From: a virus
Taxonomy: Duplodnaviria; Caudoviricetes
Length of the DNA: 36,772 nucleotides
Virus record (IMG/VR): IMGVR_UViG_3300025731_000010
Location: 1-36,772 of that record
Strand: one strand, 5' to 3'
This document shows, in pieces, positions 36,313 through 36,772 of this stretch (position 1 is the first letter of the stretch; each line of letters opens with the position of its first letter). Made by a program: the position numbers and the translations under genes. The notes beneath the pieces were generated by a model. That model searched no databases, was not told the origin of the DNA, and saw nothing but the letters and a program-made list of their open reading frames with translations.

Positions 36313-36401
36313 TGCCGAATTAAAGCGCCAAGGATTTTGATTGTTTTTGCTAGTAAATCATACTAAAGGACTAGTGCGGCCAATATGTGAGCGGGTTTAC
36401 A

Positions 36402-36453
36402 GGTGTGACAAAAGTGTGACAAGGGGATCTCGATGTTTTCTAAGATATTGATT
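36402..36453. promoter_or_regulatory. Right att arm: two integrase arm-type repeats and an IHF site
   Basis: GGTGTGACAA 36402-36411, GTGTGACAA 36414-36422; TAAGATATTGATT 36441-36453 fits WATCAANNNNTTR on the minus strand. Confidence 0.7.
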
Positions 36454-36465
36454 TATAAGGGATTT

Positions 36466-36564
36466 CTATTTTGTACGTGACCAATCCATCATGGGAGCGG
36501 TGCAGAAACGGCGAGCGCCTGGCTTTAAAGCATTTTGAATGTTTTCTGGAGTTGTTGACTGCAT
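36466..36564 (-). pseudogene. dusA: Displaced native 5' end of dusA (32-aa stub)
   Basis: [29 protein letters not shown] followed by phage-derived RTK and a stop. Confidence 0.9.
36479..36492 (+). repeat. Right att core GACCAATCCATCAT
   Basis: Identical to 384-397. Confidence 0.93.
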
Positions 36565-36671
36565 AACCATCGAGCGATTTAACCTTTGGCGCTTAACTTA
36601 ATGGGATGATTTTAGGCTTGTGTGTCGAATGCTAGTGGCGGCTTCGACTCGCTAAAAATACCGGGGGGCGA

Positions 36672-36680
36672 ATTATAACA
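36672..36680 (-). promoter_or_regulatory. Probable native dusA promoter (extended -10)
   Basis: TGtTATAAT on the minus strand about 110 bp upstream of the stub ATG. Confidence 0.55.
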
Positions 36681-36772
36681 CGGCGATTCTAGAGAGAGGG
36701 CAAAAGCTATGCGATGGCCCTAGGTGCTCGCCATTGAATAAGGCTATCGGTACTGGTGGTTCTAGGAGGTGG

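Larger units (their letters stand above)
384..36492. mobile_element. Apparently complete temperate prophage (siphovirus-like) integrated in dusA
   Basis: Direct-repeat att cores at both ends, integrase at the left end, and full immunity, replication, lysis, head and tail modules with no obvious broken genes. Confidence 0.96.

Overview
The window holds one apparently complete temperate siphovirus-type prophage of about 36.1 kb (384..36492), probably from a gammaproteobacterium, integrated in the 5' end of the host dusA gene. The 14-bp att core GACCAATCCATCAT is at 384-397 and 36479-36492. The phage supplies a replacement dusA 5' end, and the displaced native 5' stub lies at the right junction. 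Gene order: integrase; leftward early operon (DUF3310, PrtN-like, DEDDh exonuclease, KilAC antirepressor, many small ORFs); regulator-rich immunity region; cro/cII; primase plus SF3 helicase and iteron origin; Q-like regulator; lysis; lambda-type terminase and portal; fused protease-capsid; non-contractile tail with a beta-helix tailspike; right-end morons. The most notable item is a cassette between a CI that lacks a peptidase domain and its distant pL operator. It encodes a VqmA-like PAS-LuxR sensor, followed directly by tandem GG-(A-tract)-CC boxes and a 55-aa small ORF, which suggests a chemical or quorum-signal-controlled induction switch. Also notable: an RMF-like acidic moron, a tyrosine-recombinase-fold gene that has lost its catalytic residues, a stand-alone GIY-YIG gene with a LexA box, a Toprim domain split over two genes, and a tail chaperone with an N-terminal hydrophobic anchor. 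All family calls are by-eye motif recognition; no searches were run.
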